A stretch of DNA of 64,000 bases, from contig OZ024752.1 of assembly GCA_964016885.1 (NCBI GenBank), forward strand, positions 11,656,001 through 11,720,000, given 5' to 3'. Position numbers and translations under genes: made by a program. Origin of the DNA: Eledone cirrhosa. Taxonomy: Eukaryota. The notes under the pieces are model-generated. The model was not told where the DNA came from, searched no databases, and saw only the letters and a list, made by a program, of their open reading frames with translations. This document shows, in pieces, positions 1 through 13,161 of this stretch (positions are counted from its first letter, which is position 1; each line of letters opens with the position of its first letter).

Positions 1-689
1 GCGAGAAGTTTTAAAGAAATGTTTAAATGTGAAGAATATCTGCTATCATAAAAATGGACGTGACAACGTGAAGAGATGTTTTGCAAATGAAATATATTGC
101 TAATGGAGGGTTACAATATTCTATACACATTTATCATATATATAATGGCATTAGTATTGTGCTTTAGTAGATATCTTTCTGTCGAACACTTTACACACAC
201 ACATATATATATATATATTTATTAAAATAACAGTTTTACGTCGGAGATTGTCGGACGGGAGAGTGACTACACACAGTACCGAAGTAGAATATAAATATCC
301 ATTTATTATGGCTAAGTGGTGAAACTTCGGGGTAACAAGGTTGAACACTTAGCCATGATAAATATGTGTATATATATGGGTATATGGGAGTGAAAGGCCC
401 CCACTTGTTGTAAAAACACCTTTTTAGGAGAGGAAAACTCTGTAAAAATATACCTGCGGCTTCAGAGTATCCGATGATGTTGACCAGTTTTCCTTTTCAG
501 GTAGTGTCTTCGATGCTCAGAGAGTGGGATTGGTCCAGTGCAAGGCCTTTCCCCACTTAATAAAACCTTCAAAGCACAGGCATTGCTTGTTCAGGATATG
601 TTACAGGTTTGTGTGACTGGCCGTAGCCTAAAAGTGCACCAAACTCTATAATCTGACAAACGATTGCAATACTCTTAGCAGAGTTTGCA

Positions 690-720
<31 letters not shown>

Positions 721-727
<7 letters not shown>

Positions 728-1335
728 GAGAATGTCTGCCTGTCTGACTCCCTAAAACTTGAGAACCACCCAACTGATTGTTTTCAAACTTTACACATGT
801 AATACTTATTGTCCTGTGAGTGTTTTGAGCAAAATAAATTTCGAATTTTCAATGCCCTAGGGACCGCATTAGGCGATTTAGCGATCTCTCTCTATAATTC
901 TTAATCTTTCTTTTTAGATAGATACATAGATATAACGTTGCGCCCTTATAATATCTGTCTGTATGTCTGGCTGTTTGCATTACGACATTATGACGCTATA
1001 TGTGTGCGTGTGTGTGTATATATATATAGTGTGTGTATATATATATAGTGTGTAACGTTTTTCGAAATATTTACTTTTGCATTCACAGATTGATTTTTTT
1101 TAGTTTCAGAAGATCCCGTCAAGGGTGAAAGCAGCGATTCTTTGCTTAAACTTTAATCTGTTATTTTAATATATATATATATATATATATATTCGTGTAC
1201 AGATATTTTTTTGCATGAACAATAACAAAATATAAACAAACGTATTTATTTCACGAGGCTCGATAAGAATAAATATATATCCAATATATAAGAACCCTAG
1301 AGCAAATCCCGAGCAACTCCGGGCCATTCTGCTAG
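721..1335 (+). mobile_element. Non-autonomous Helitron-like element carrying nested insertions
   Basis: 3' GC hairpin cccgagcaactccggg (1308-1323) followed by CTAG (1332-1335). The 5' region is homologous to the minus-strand copy at 10008-10345. Confidence 0.6.
1102..1152 (+). ncRNA. Hammerhead ribozyme, U4A core variant (copies at 40396-40446, 47459-47509, partial ~51406-51450)
   Basis: agttt CAGAAGA tccc gtcaa gggt GAAA gca..tgc TT aaact. Confidence 0.65.
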
Positions 1336-2044
1336 TATATTTATATCAGTCAAATCATTCTCTAATCATACTCGAACGTTATTAGATAAACGGCTACCTT
1401 GACTAATATATTTCCTGATAATCACGACTAGAATACCTTTCATTATAGCCTCGTTTGATCACCCCGAGCTAGAACTACCTAATAGCCAAGTATACTGTCA
1501 GGCAATGCTCACTGTGCAAGAAATAGCAGCCATATTTCCATTAAATTTCATCCTACCGTCATATGTTATTCTAGTCAGGGACTGTACTTTCTGACGGATG
1601 TGACCAAAAAATAGGTGCTTTTGTTCCTTTGAATTCCATATCAGTATTTCCATATGCAACCTTGCAAATATTACACACACATTCTCTCTCTCCCTCACGC
1701 ACACACACACACACACATATATATATATAATATAACTTAGGTAAGTTTTGGCCTGTATTGGCCCAGGCCATATCTAACTTAATAGCACCACCTGGCGAAG
1801 TCTGTCAAATCAGGATTTGGACACCATGTCACACTTAAGTATAGGGTTAATGTTTACTGAGACATATCCGGGTATATATATATATATATATATATAAGAA
1901 TTAAAATACTAGAGTGTGTTGGATTTAAACACCCTCTTCTTATTATAGAAATGACAGTAAAGGTATAGCTCAATGTAATTAAACAGAGCCGAAGAATTAT
2001 GAAAATAAACCAAAGAAGCCTTCAGTACATCAAAAGTCTTTATT

Positions 2045-2079
2045 AGCCAACAATGTTTCGTCCTATTAAGGACTCATCA
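2045..2079 (-). ncRNA. 5'-truncated hammerhead ribozyme
   Basis: (TA)n-TGATGA gtcc ttaata ggac GAAA cattg TT ggct. C3 and the 5' strand of stem I are replaced by TA repeat. Confidence 0.65.
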
Positions 2080-2128
2080 TATATATATATAATATATAAG
2101 ATCAAAAGATGGTTAAATGAGTTCCATG

Positions 2129-2199
2129 TATTTTATTATGCACATTTCAAAAACAAATATCATCATGCAATAACATTTGTGTTTTCATCAGATAAAATA
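2129..2199 (-). ncRNA. Type I hammerhead ribozyme (left arm of palindrome)
   Basis: tattttat CTGATGA [stem II aaacacaaatgtta/tgatatttgttttt] GAAA tgtgca TA ataaaata. Confidence 0.8.
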
Positions 2200-2317
2200 G
2201 GAGGACATGATATGAAGGTTAAAACACACTTGTGGATAGTGCAGTTTTAAATCAACATATGTTGATTTAAAACTGCACTATCCACAAGTGTGTTTTAACC
2301 TTCATATCATGTCCTCC

Positions 2318-2388
2318 TATTTTATCTGATGAAAACACAAATGTTATTGCATGATGATATTTGTTTTTGAAATGTGCATAATAAAATA
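2318..2388 (+). ncRNA. Type I hammerhead ribozyme (right arm of palindrome)
   Basis: Identical to 2129-2199 on the opposite strand, with an 8-bp stem I. Confidence 0.8.
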
Positions 2389-2498
2389 CATGGAACTCAT
2401 TTAACCATCTTTTGATCTTATATATTATATATACTCCAGTCCTACAAACTGTAGAGTGCTTCTTATCCGATATCTGCATTGCTTTAAAACTCACCTCC

Positions 2499-2573
<75 letters not shown>

Positions 2574-3009
2574 TTACTCATTTACCTGTTCCAGGCACAT
2601 GGCTGAGTGAGGCCATGCTGGGGCACAGCCCTTGGAAAAATTATTACGAGGTATTTAGTGTAGAACCTGACAGAGATTGAACCCCTGACCAGTATCACCA
2701 CCCTCCCTAGTACCTACAACTAGGACACCGAATATATATATTCATTTATTTATTTATTTACATTATAGAGGGTAGGTGCCAACAGCTGGCTATATATAGG
2801 CCGGGAAGTGTGTAAAGATGTATTCATGCATGTCTTTTAATTAGTGATCTGTATACACAGTGTTAATCAAGATCATGCCATGCATTGAAAACGGAACAAT
2901 GATTTATGTTAATCGTTGTGGTAAAAGCTACGAATCTGGGCTGAAAAGCCATATTAGCTTTACCGTTTATTAATATGTGATATCAATTATAGACTCCCAT
3001 CATGTGTGT

Positions 3010-3830
<821 letters not shown>

Positions 3831-4102
3831 TACTTTTCCTTTCCTTCTTCCTTTTCCAGCCTCACTTTCATATAGATTATATTTTTGTTTTTAAAATCCA
3901 ACGCCAATAAATACACCAGGATTTTTTCATTCTGATGATTGAAAGCAAAACCTTTTGCTTTTAAGAAACCACTGGTAAATGAAATAATTGCCTTATGTTG
4001 TTTATTACATAACTATATATATATATATATACACAGACATATATATATATATACACACACACATATATATATGCACATGATGGCTGCTCCCTCGTTATCG
4101 AG

Positions 4103-4283
4103 TATGGCCATAGTATCGGTAGAGGGTCGGACGCCATGCTTTCCAGCATAGTTACGTCCCTTTACGATCTGAGTTCAAATCCCGCCGAGGTTGACTTTGC
4201 CTTTTATCCTTACGGGGTCGATAAAATAAAGTACCAGTAATGCACTGGTAATTGCTGGCCTTGTGCCTAAAGTAGAAACAATT
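4103..4283 (+). mobile_element. tRNA-derived SINE, family 1
   Basis: Degenerate A-box agtatcggtagag, B-box gagttcaaatccc, and conserved core gccgaggttgactttgccttt...ggggtcgataaaataaagtacc. At least 9 copies in the window. Confidence 0.85.
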
Positions 4284-4755
4284 AATTAATTCTATAGTGC
4301 AATGCCTGTGCGTGAAGATATTTTTTAAAGTGCGGAAAGACTGTGCACTGAGCCAATCCCACTCTCTGAGCGACAGTAGCTGTAACCCGAAAAGAAGAAA
4401 AGATCAACTTCATCGGAAACTACTGAGCTGCAGTTTTATATCGGAGTTATCCCAGTTTCCCGAGTTGCCTTCTCCTAGAAGAATGCACTGACAAAGGCTA
4501 GGGGTTCTTCACTCCCAGTGGCTTAACCGCGTGGTGCATGTGTATATACATATTTACACATCTTCGATGGCCGTTGACTCGTATGAATTCTTCCGCCTAT
4601 TGTCAGGTTTTGTTTTGTGTCCTGCAGGGTGTCCAAAATCACCCTCCTCAACAAAGTAAACTTGGTGGAGTTGTCGGCTGAGTCGCCGGCGACCCGACCA
4701 CGCGACAGGAGGTTGTACTGGGTTACATGTTACCAGTAGCACTCAACAGTGACCC

Positions 4756-4822
<67 letters not shown>

Positions 4823-4969
4823 CTTTCACCGTATTTTTGACTAAAGAAATTTTAGCTTGATAACGGGGTTAACCCCGTTATCAAGCTAAAATTTCTTTAG
4901 TCAAAAATACGGTGAAAGCTATATATTTTCTAATTTCAAACTCGCTCACTCTTTCAAAACATACTTACT

Positions 4970-5054
<85 letters not shown>

Positions 5055-5309
5055 CTTATGTGGTTTTGATTGTATATATATATATATATATATACATACT
5101 TATGTGGTTTTGATTGTATATATATATACATGACTATGTGTGTTTGGATGTATATATATATATGTACATGGCTATGTGTGTTTGGGTGTATATATATGTA
5201 TGTACATGGCTATGTGTATTTGGGTGTATATATATATGTATGTACATGACTATGTGTATTTGGATGTATATATATATATATATATATATATACATGACTG
5301 TGTATTTGG

Positions 5310-5340
<31 letters not shown>

Positions 5341-5343
<3 letters not shown>

Positions 5344-7692
5344 TCCCAACATAGACTGATAATTAGCGACCTCATAGTCAGGTCGAGACGTACTCGACAG
5401 CAGAAGAGGACTATCCTCAGGAGAAAAATATGGAAGCTAAAGGACCCCACAGCCAAAAATAAATTTCAAAACATATTACTTGATGCTTTCGACAGTAAGG
5501 AAGAACACTTAGAGTCGGACAATATAGAGGGACAGTGGGAATTTCTGAAAGCAAACCTGCTGTTGGCCACAGACGAAGTCTGTGGCTGGAGCAGGCCTGT
5601 AGGCAGGAGGAGAGTAACATGGTGGTGGAACAGTAAGGTGGAGGAGTCAATTAAGGCCAAAAAGCAGGCTTGGAAAGTATGGCGGGATGGGGGAAGTAGA
5701 GTAGACTATCAAGTGGCCAGGAGGGAAGCTAGGAGAGAAGTGTACTTAGCAAGAAGGGAAGCTGAGGAAAGAAAGTTCAAGCATGTCCTACAACGCGATG
5801 ACCAAAAACGTGAGGTGTTCAGGATTGCTAGGCAATGCGTCAAGGAAAACCGTGATATTGTCGGGGAGAAGTGTGTACTTAACGATGATGGCATACTTGC
5901 CATCACCGACACTGATAAGAAGGCAGCTTGGAAGTGTCACTATGAAAGGCTACTAAATGAGGAGAATAAATGGGAGAAAGACAGTCTCCCCCATGTCGAC
6001 CCAATAGAGGGACCAGCAGTGTTAGTCGAGGGGAGTATAATAAGTAAGGCAATCAAGGATATGAAGACAGGTAAGGCGGCTGGGCCTTCGGAAATAGTTG
6101 CTGAGATGCTGAAGGCATCTGGCACGGTGGGACACACCATGGTCACCCGCATAGTTAACCAAGTCGTACAGAATGGGGTTGTTCCGAAGGACTGGCATAG
6201 CAGCATCATCGTTAACTGTTATAAGGGTAAAGGAGACGCCCTAGATAGGAGTAACTATAGAGGCATTAAATTAATCGACCAGGTCATGAAGGTCACAGAA
6301 AAAGTAATAGCGCAACTAATCAGAGAGAGAATTGACCTAGATGAAATGCAGTTCGGGTTTGTGTCAGGCAAAAGTACCACAGACGCTCTTTTCATAGTAC
6401 GACAACTACAGGAGAAGTACCTAGCTAAAAGTAAACCCCTATACTTAGCTTTTGTCGACTTGGAGAAAGCCTTCGACAGAGTCCCCCGCTCCATTATCTG
6501 GTGGGCTCTTAGAAAACTAGGCGTTGACGAATGGCTTGTGAGGGCTATACAAGCCATGTATAAAGAAACAGTCAGCAAGGTTAGAATTAACAACGAATAT
6601 AGTGAAGAGTTTAGCGTAAAAGTTGGCGTCCATCAGGGCTCTGTTCTCAGCCCCCTACTATTTATTATTGCCCTTCAGGCTATAACAGAGGAGTTCAAGA
6701 CAGGCTGCCCATGGGAACTCCTATACGCAGACGACCTGACACTCATAGCGGAATCAATGGCCGAGCTAGAGAAGAAATTCCAAACATGGAAGCACGGCCT
6801 AGAGTCAAAAGGACTTAAAATTAACCTGGCTAAGACCAAAGTTCTAGTTTGTAGGAAAGAAAACAAGGCGGCGGTCCCTTCTGGGAAATGGTCGTGCTCG
6901 GTGTGTAGGAAAGGCGTAGGTAGAAACTCCATTTTGTGTCCTAAATGCAAAGTATGGGTGCATAAAAGATGTAGTGGGATCACAGGTAAGCTAACTAAGA
7001 ACATAGATTTTACATGTGGCCGGTGTTCTGGTGCAATAAGTAGCAGCAAGTGCCCACACAATACTAGCTCTTTCAATTGCGCAGAGGGTTCTATAGAAAT
7101 AGTGGACAGCTTCCGTTACCTGGGCGATAAAATCAGCAGTGGGGGAGGGTGCTCTGAAAGTACTGTAGCTAGAGTCAGAACTGGTTGGAAAAAGTTCAGA
7201 GAGCTTATACCACTATTAGCTGCTAAAGGGTTCTCCCTAAAAATGAAAGGCAGGTTGTACGATGCCTGTATACGAACAGCAATGTTGCATGGCAGTGAGA
7301 CCTGGGCATTGTGTGCAGAGGATATACGCAGACTAGAGAGGAACGAAGCTTGCATGCTCCGCTGGATGTGTAACAGTAATATACGTGAACGGCAAAGCAT
7401 AAACGAACTAAGGAAAAAATTAGAGATAAGAGGGATCAGATGTTGTTTACTCGAGAGAAGGCTACGTTGGTATGGACACGTGATGCGCATGAAAGTCGAT
7501 AGCTGTATAACAAAGTGCAGGGCAATAAAGATAGACGGTAGCCACGGAATAGGCAGACCTAGAAAAACCTGGGACGAGCTGATAAACTCCGACCTCACAC
7601 ACTTACACCTCTCCAAGACAATGTCACTGGACCGAGACCTTTGGCGGTACTCAGTAACAGAGAAGACCCGCCTTGCCAGTAGGCATCTCTAA
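5341..7692 (+). CDS. RTE-type ORF2 remnant: C-terminal end of AP endonuclease (QHRLIISDL), reverse transcriptase, internal PHD-like Zn finger
   Basis: Motifs [42 protein letters not shown] (YADD 6724-6735), [20 protein letters not shown] and DRDLWR. The N-terminal 67 aa of the 5140 ORF call are microsatellite read-through. Confidence 0.92.
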
Positions 7693-8047
7693 CAAAATAC
7701 ACCCCGTCCCACCACCACCACCCCCACCCCATCCACACCACCCCGTCCTATGTAAAGTTATGTTGGTGCCGCGCCATCCGGGCCGAAACAAATGAGATCG
7801 TGTAGGTGTCACGACAAAAAAACACACAGTCCACGCTGTAATGTGGCCGTGTAGGCAACACGGTAAAAACCTCCCAGACCCACACTGTAAATGTGGTTGG
7901 TGTTAGGAAGGGCATCCAACTGTAGAAAACCTGCCAGACAGTCCTATGCGAGCAAGACAATCACTCTTGCCTCAAGTGGGACTACCCCCGTCCAAACCCA
8001 TGCAAGCGTGGAACACGGACGTTAAACGTTGATGATGATGATGATGA

Positions 8048-8050
<3 letters not shown>
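5341..8050 (+). mobile_element. RTE-clade non-LTR retrotransposon (LINE), 5'-truncated, inserted in a (TA)n tract of a minisatellite
   Basis: Uninterrupted ORF with RT motifs, then a ~340-bp 3' UTR ending in (GAT)n at ~8030-8050. (TA)n and the same minisatellite flank both sides. Confidence 0.93.
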
Positions 8051-8059
<9 letters not shown>

Positions 8060-8082
<23 letters not shown>

Positions 8083-9137
8083 AGCCTATGTGGTTTTGGG
8101 TGTATATATATACATGACTATGTGTGTTTGGATGTATATATATATATATACATGACTATGTGGTTTTGGATGTGTATATATATATATATACATGCCTATG
8201 TGGTTTTGGGTGTATATATATATATATATACATGACTATGTGTGTTTGGGTGTATATATATGTATGTACATGGCTATGTGTATTTGGGTGTATATATATG
8301 TATGTACATGGCTATGTGTATTTGGATGTATATATATACATGACTATGTGTGTTTGGATGTATATATTTATATTTACATGCCTATGTGGTTTTGGGTGTG
8401 TGTATATATATATATATATACATGCTTATGTGGTTTTGGGTGTGTATATATATATACATGCCTATGTGGTTTGGGATGTGTGTATATATATATATATACA
8501 TGCCTATGTGGTTTAGGGTGTGTATATATATATACATGCCTATGTGGTTTTGGATGTGTGTATATATATATATACATGCCTATGTGGTTTAGGGCGTGTA
8601 TATATATATATATACATGCTTATGTGGTTTGGGGTATGTATATATATATATATACATGCCTATGTGGTTTTGGGTGTATATATATATACATACCTATGTG
8701 GTTTTGGGTGTGTATATATATATATACATGCCTATGTGGTTTGGGATGTGTGTATATATATATATACATGCCTATGTGGTTTAGGGTGTGTATATATATA
8801 TACATGCCTATGTGGTTTTGGATGTGTGTATATATATATATATATACATGCTTATGTGGTTTTGGGTGTGTATATATATATACATGCCTATGTGGTTTGG
8901 GATGTGTGTATATATATATATACATGCCTATGTGGTTTAGGGTGTGTATATATATATACATGCCTATGTGGTTTTGGATGTGTGTATATATATATATATA
9001 CATGCCTATGTGGTTTAGGGTGTGTATATATATATATATATACATGCTTATGTGGTTTGGGGTATGTATATATATATATATACATGCCTATGTGGTTTTG
9101 GGTGTATATATATATACATACCTATGTGGTTTTGGGA
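8060..9137. repeat. Minisatellite catgcctatgtggttttgggtgtg(ta)n, also 5050-5340 upstream of the RTE
   Basis: ~35-45-bp units with a variable TA spacer. The array is split by the RTE insertion. Confidence 0.9.
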
Positions 9138-9332
9138 CTTCGTATTATTATATTTCCTATTTGTAGGAACTTTCTATTTAAGTTATTAGTTATCTATGTA
9201 TTCACTGTTGGTTTTCTTGACTGTGGTGCCTTACTATATATTATATAGATTTATATATATGTGTTGTGTGTGTGTGTGTGTGTGTGTGCATGTCTGTGTA
9301 TATGTGTGTGTGTATATATGTGTATGTGTGTA

Positions 9333-9382
<50 letters not shown>

Positions 9383-9593
9383 TGTCTCTGTATATATGTG
9401 TGTATGTGTGAGTGTATATATGTGTATGTGTGTATGTGTGTATATGTGTGTGTATGTGTATGTCTGTGTGTGTGTGTATATGTATGAATACATGTGTGTG
9501 TGTGTATATATGTGAGTGTGTATGTATGTGTATATGTGTGTGTGAATTTATTTGTGCGTGTGTGTGAGTATATATATATATATGTGTGTGTGC

Positions 9594-9674
<81 letters not shown>

Positions 9675-9972
9675 CGTGTGCGTGTGTATGTGTGTGTTTG
9701 TAATTTAATGAAATTACCACAACCTGGCGCTGAACACGTGTTCCAATGCTGTAGGATAATTTACAGTTTCTTGCTTAATTTAATTTAAATAAATTCTCAT
9801 GATACACAGTGTTTGAAACACAAGTCTCGTGTGAAAAAACGAGAATGATCATGAATAATTGTGAGGTACAAAAAAAAGGGTCTAGAGTCTTGTTATCTCC
9901 CTTTATTATATCTGTTTAAATATATTAGAAAATATCCAATTTTACACGTAAGCACATGTTAGAAATATATAG

Positions 9973-10007
<35 letters not shown>

Positions 10008-10008
<1 letters not shown>

Positions 10009-10336
10009 TAGCAGTGTTACCCGGCGTTGCACGGGATTAGGTATTTTGGAACGCAGGCCGCCAACGGACCTAACTGTGGAAAAATTGCATGCCTGGACAA
10101 TATGTAAAGAAAATAAACCGAGTACCTGATGGTTGGATAATCTTTAAGATTTTCCTCGATGAAGCAGGAAAAGTGCAGATTTTCACCTAATGCGGGCCCT
10201 AGGACATGGAAAAGTTGAATTTTTTTATGTGCCTGTAACATAAGTAATACACATGTACAGTTTTAAAAAAATAGGTTGGGTACTTCTCGAGTTTTAGGGA
10301 TTCAAACTCACAGACACACACACACAGACAGACATC

Positions 10337-10345
<9 letters not shown>
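10008..10345 (-). mobile_element. Non-autonomous Helitron-like element
   Basis: The minus strand ends cccgtgcaacgccggg-taacactg-CTAG. It has a 5' (GTCT)-type microsatellite and tccctaaaactcgagaagtacccaac shared with 721-800. Confidence 0.7.
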
Positions 10346-10405
<60 letters not shown>

Positions 10406-10551
10406 TGTGTGTGTGTGTGTATGTATGCATGGATGTATGCATGTATGTGTGTATATATATGTGTGTGTGTGTGTATCAATGTATAGAAAAACAAATGACT
10501 AGGTGTGAAGTATAGGTTAGATTAGAAGAGAAGAATTTAATTAAAGTTCAT

Positions 10552-10662
10552 TCTTTAACACATGTTTCAATACAGTATCAGTTTACGAGTGTTGATTGCA
10601 TATTAATATTATCATTATGCCCATATTGCTAACACGTAAAATACTGCATTTCATCAGAAAGA
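10552..10662 (-). ncRNA. Hammerhead ribozyme with extended stem II
   Basis: tcttt CTGATGA aatgcagtat...atactgtatt GAAA catgtg TT aaaga. Confidence 0.75.
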
Positions 10663-10986
10663 TTTCAAAGTTCGAGGTGAGGTCGCTGCATCTTGCAGTA
10701 AATCATTTTCTTTTCCACTCGTATATATATTTAAATATATAATTTCATTTAAATATATAATTACATTTAAATATATATTATATTTAAATATATAATTATA
10801 TTTAAATATATAATTACATTTAAATATATAATTACTCCGTGATCTTCTACCTGGATACTGTACTTTAATCTCTCTTTTTGGACTGTTTCCGTATATATAT
10901 ATATGTCGAGAAAAGTATTTGGTAAGCAATCTAACTTGTTAATTTTTGTTTGTACACTGATCCACGCAAACAAAATTTATCCGTAC

Positions 10987-11047
<61 letters not shown>

Positions 11048-11369
11048 ACGTCAATACTCATCTTTTTCCATTTATCTGAGGGTTCTAAACCCCGTTATCA
11101 AGCTAAAATTCCTTTAGTTTAAAATACGGTGAAAGCTATATATTTTCTAATTTCAAACTCGCTCACTGTTTCAAAACATACTTACTTGATATATATATAT
11201 ATATATATATATATGTAGAAAAATCTACCAAAAGTTTACGGTAGTGACCAATCCGTATGAAGAACTCAATGTAATCCGGATATCATGAAAAGAGAAGATG
11301 CATTCAAAAACTACTTTCGGTGAAAAATAAACGGAAAACAGAGTCAAGATAAATTATTAAAAAAATATA

Positions 11370-12600
11370 TATATATAGTATAAAAGAGAAAACACAGGTA
11401 AGCATTAAGAGAAGGATATTATCCAGGTATTTACGACCGTTTCATTGGTAAATGCAACTTTATATTGCTATACTGCAAATAGCAGCCACTCACTTATAAT
11501 TGTTGTTCACAGTCCAAATTTTCAAAATAGTAAGTTACTCTTGAAATAATTCTTAATATATAGAGAAAAACATTTATTTGGAATTGTATTTACTAGTATA
11601 GAGAGAGAGGAATCAGGAGGTGAGGGGGACAGACGGTATAGTATAGAGAGAGAGGAAGGGGGAAGAGGTAGGAAGTAGAATGACAAACTGAGATGGAGGG
11701 AGGGGTAGAGGTGGAAGGATTCTTTGTTCAGTTTTGATAGCAGAGATCATGTCGTGGAGTGTAGTGAGTTAAAGAGAATTAAATAGATAATAGTGGGTGG
11801 GATGGATAGATAGGGAGAGAGAGGGGGGGGGGATATAAAGAGATAAATAAATATATATATATCTATATATATATAAAAAAAAATAAAGATAAAGATAATA
11901 ATGAAAAAAATAAAAGCAAAGAAGGGGGTGAGAAAGAAGAAAAGAAAAGATAGCCAAGAAGGGGAGGGAAGGAAGGAAGAAAACGAGGAAATAGAAGAGG
12001 AATGAGGGAGAAGAGGGGGATATATGTATTGGTTTTGTGGGTAATTAAAGGGTTTAGATATAAGAGGGTATAAAGTCTAAGTATATGCAGTTTGTCAGTT
12101 GGTAGTAAGAGGTTAAGGGTTCGATTTGTAGTGCGAAACTTCTCTTTGAGTCTATGGTTACAATAAATTGATCTCTCAATTCTATTGTTGAGTAACCTAT
12201 TCTTCGAACTTAAGATGTGGAACAGCTCAAGGTCGCATAATCGACAGCTTCTCATACCACTCCGATATGAGGGCGCGTTCGATAATGTTTTCCACTTCAG
12301 GGTGCATTGATGGTTACTTTCCCTCAGTTGCCAGGTCTTGTTTGCAATCACCTTCTGATTCCTCTCTCTATATACTAGTAAATACAATTCCAAATAAATG
12401 TTTTTCTCTATATATTAAGAATTATTTCAAGAGTAACTTACTATTTTGAAAATGTGGACTGTGAACAACAATTATAATTGAGTGGCTGCTATTTGCAGTA
12501 TAGCAATATAAGGTTGCGCTTACCAATGAAACGGCCGTAAATACCTGGATAAAATTCTTCTCTTAATGTTTACCTGTGTTTTCTCTTTTATACTTTATAC
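11370..12600 (-). mobile_element. PLE 3' fragment: endonuclease C-terminus, 3' UTR and an inverted partial copy of the HHR-bearing terminal region
   Basis: Minus-strand peptide LKWKTLSNAPSYRSGMRSCRLCDLELFHILSSKNRLLNNRIERSIYCNH resembles PLE endonuclease C-termini. 11370-11620 is inverted at ~12355-12600. Confidence 0.75.
11428..11529 (-). ncRNA. Hammerhead ribozyme, U3-A8 core, long stem II (inverted copy 12442-12543, +)
   Basis: tatt TTGAAAA tttgg...ccaat GAAA cggtcg TA aata. The plus copy has the palindromic stem III ACGGCCGT. Confidence 0.6.
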
Positions 12601-12756
12601 TCCAAGATTGAACGGAATTCTTACAAACTTGTGGAGTTACCCCTAACCGTACGTTGAAACCATCCATGAAACTGGCTGTCTTAACCAACAACTGGATTAC
12701 AATAAGCAATTTTTTGCTTCTCTAACTATATATATATATAGATATAGAGTCTTTAC

Positions 12757-12882
12757 ATGCATACCCATTCTTTTCGTTACCCTCTAAGAAGGAATATGAC
12801 GTCACTTTCAGCTTATATCTGGAGTCTAAAAGACAACCACACCCAATATAAGTTACACTGGGAGATCTTAGCTAGACCCCCA
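12757..12882 (+). pseudogene. PLE endonuclease-region fragment
   Basis: HTHSFRYPLRRNMTSLSAYIWSLKDNHTQYKLHWEILAR resembles the PLE H..SF......T.LS.YIW.LK......L.W.IL motif. Truncated by a SINE. Confidence 0.6.
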
Positions 12883-13019
12883 GCTATTGCTGGTATTAAT
12901 TTTCAGCTGAGTATACTGGAGCAACGTGAAATTAAGTATTTTGTTCAAGAACACAACAGGCAACCCAAGAATTGAAACCATGACATTATGATCGTAAGTC
13001 CAACACCTTTACCACTAGG
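12883..13019 (-). mobile_element. tRNA-derived SINE, family 2
   Basis: Minus strand cctagtggtaaaggtgttggac...ggtttcaattc (A/B boxes), then cacgttgctccagtatactcagctg. A homologue lies at ~56200-56365. Confidence 0.65.
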
Positions 13020-13030
13020 AAATGTGCCTC

Positions 13031-13161
<131 letters not shown>

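Noticed and set aside
4555-4760. LTR end followed by a primer-binding site (caaca-gtgacccgac)
   Set aside because: The PBS match is incomplete, and there is no internal region or second LTR.
8060-9137. Repeat-spacer pattern resembling a CRISPR array (also 63345-64000 and 35861-36431)
   Set aside because: The spacers are just (TA)n or (CT)n, or are absent. The context is eukaryotic with no cas genes.
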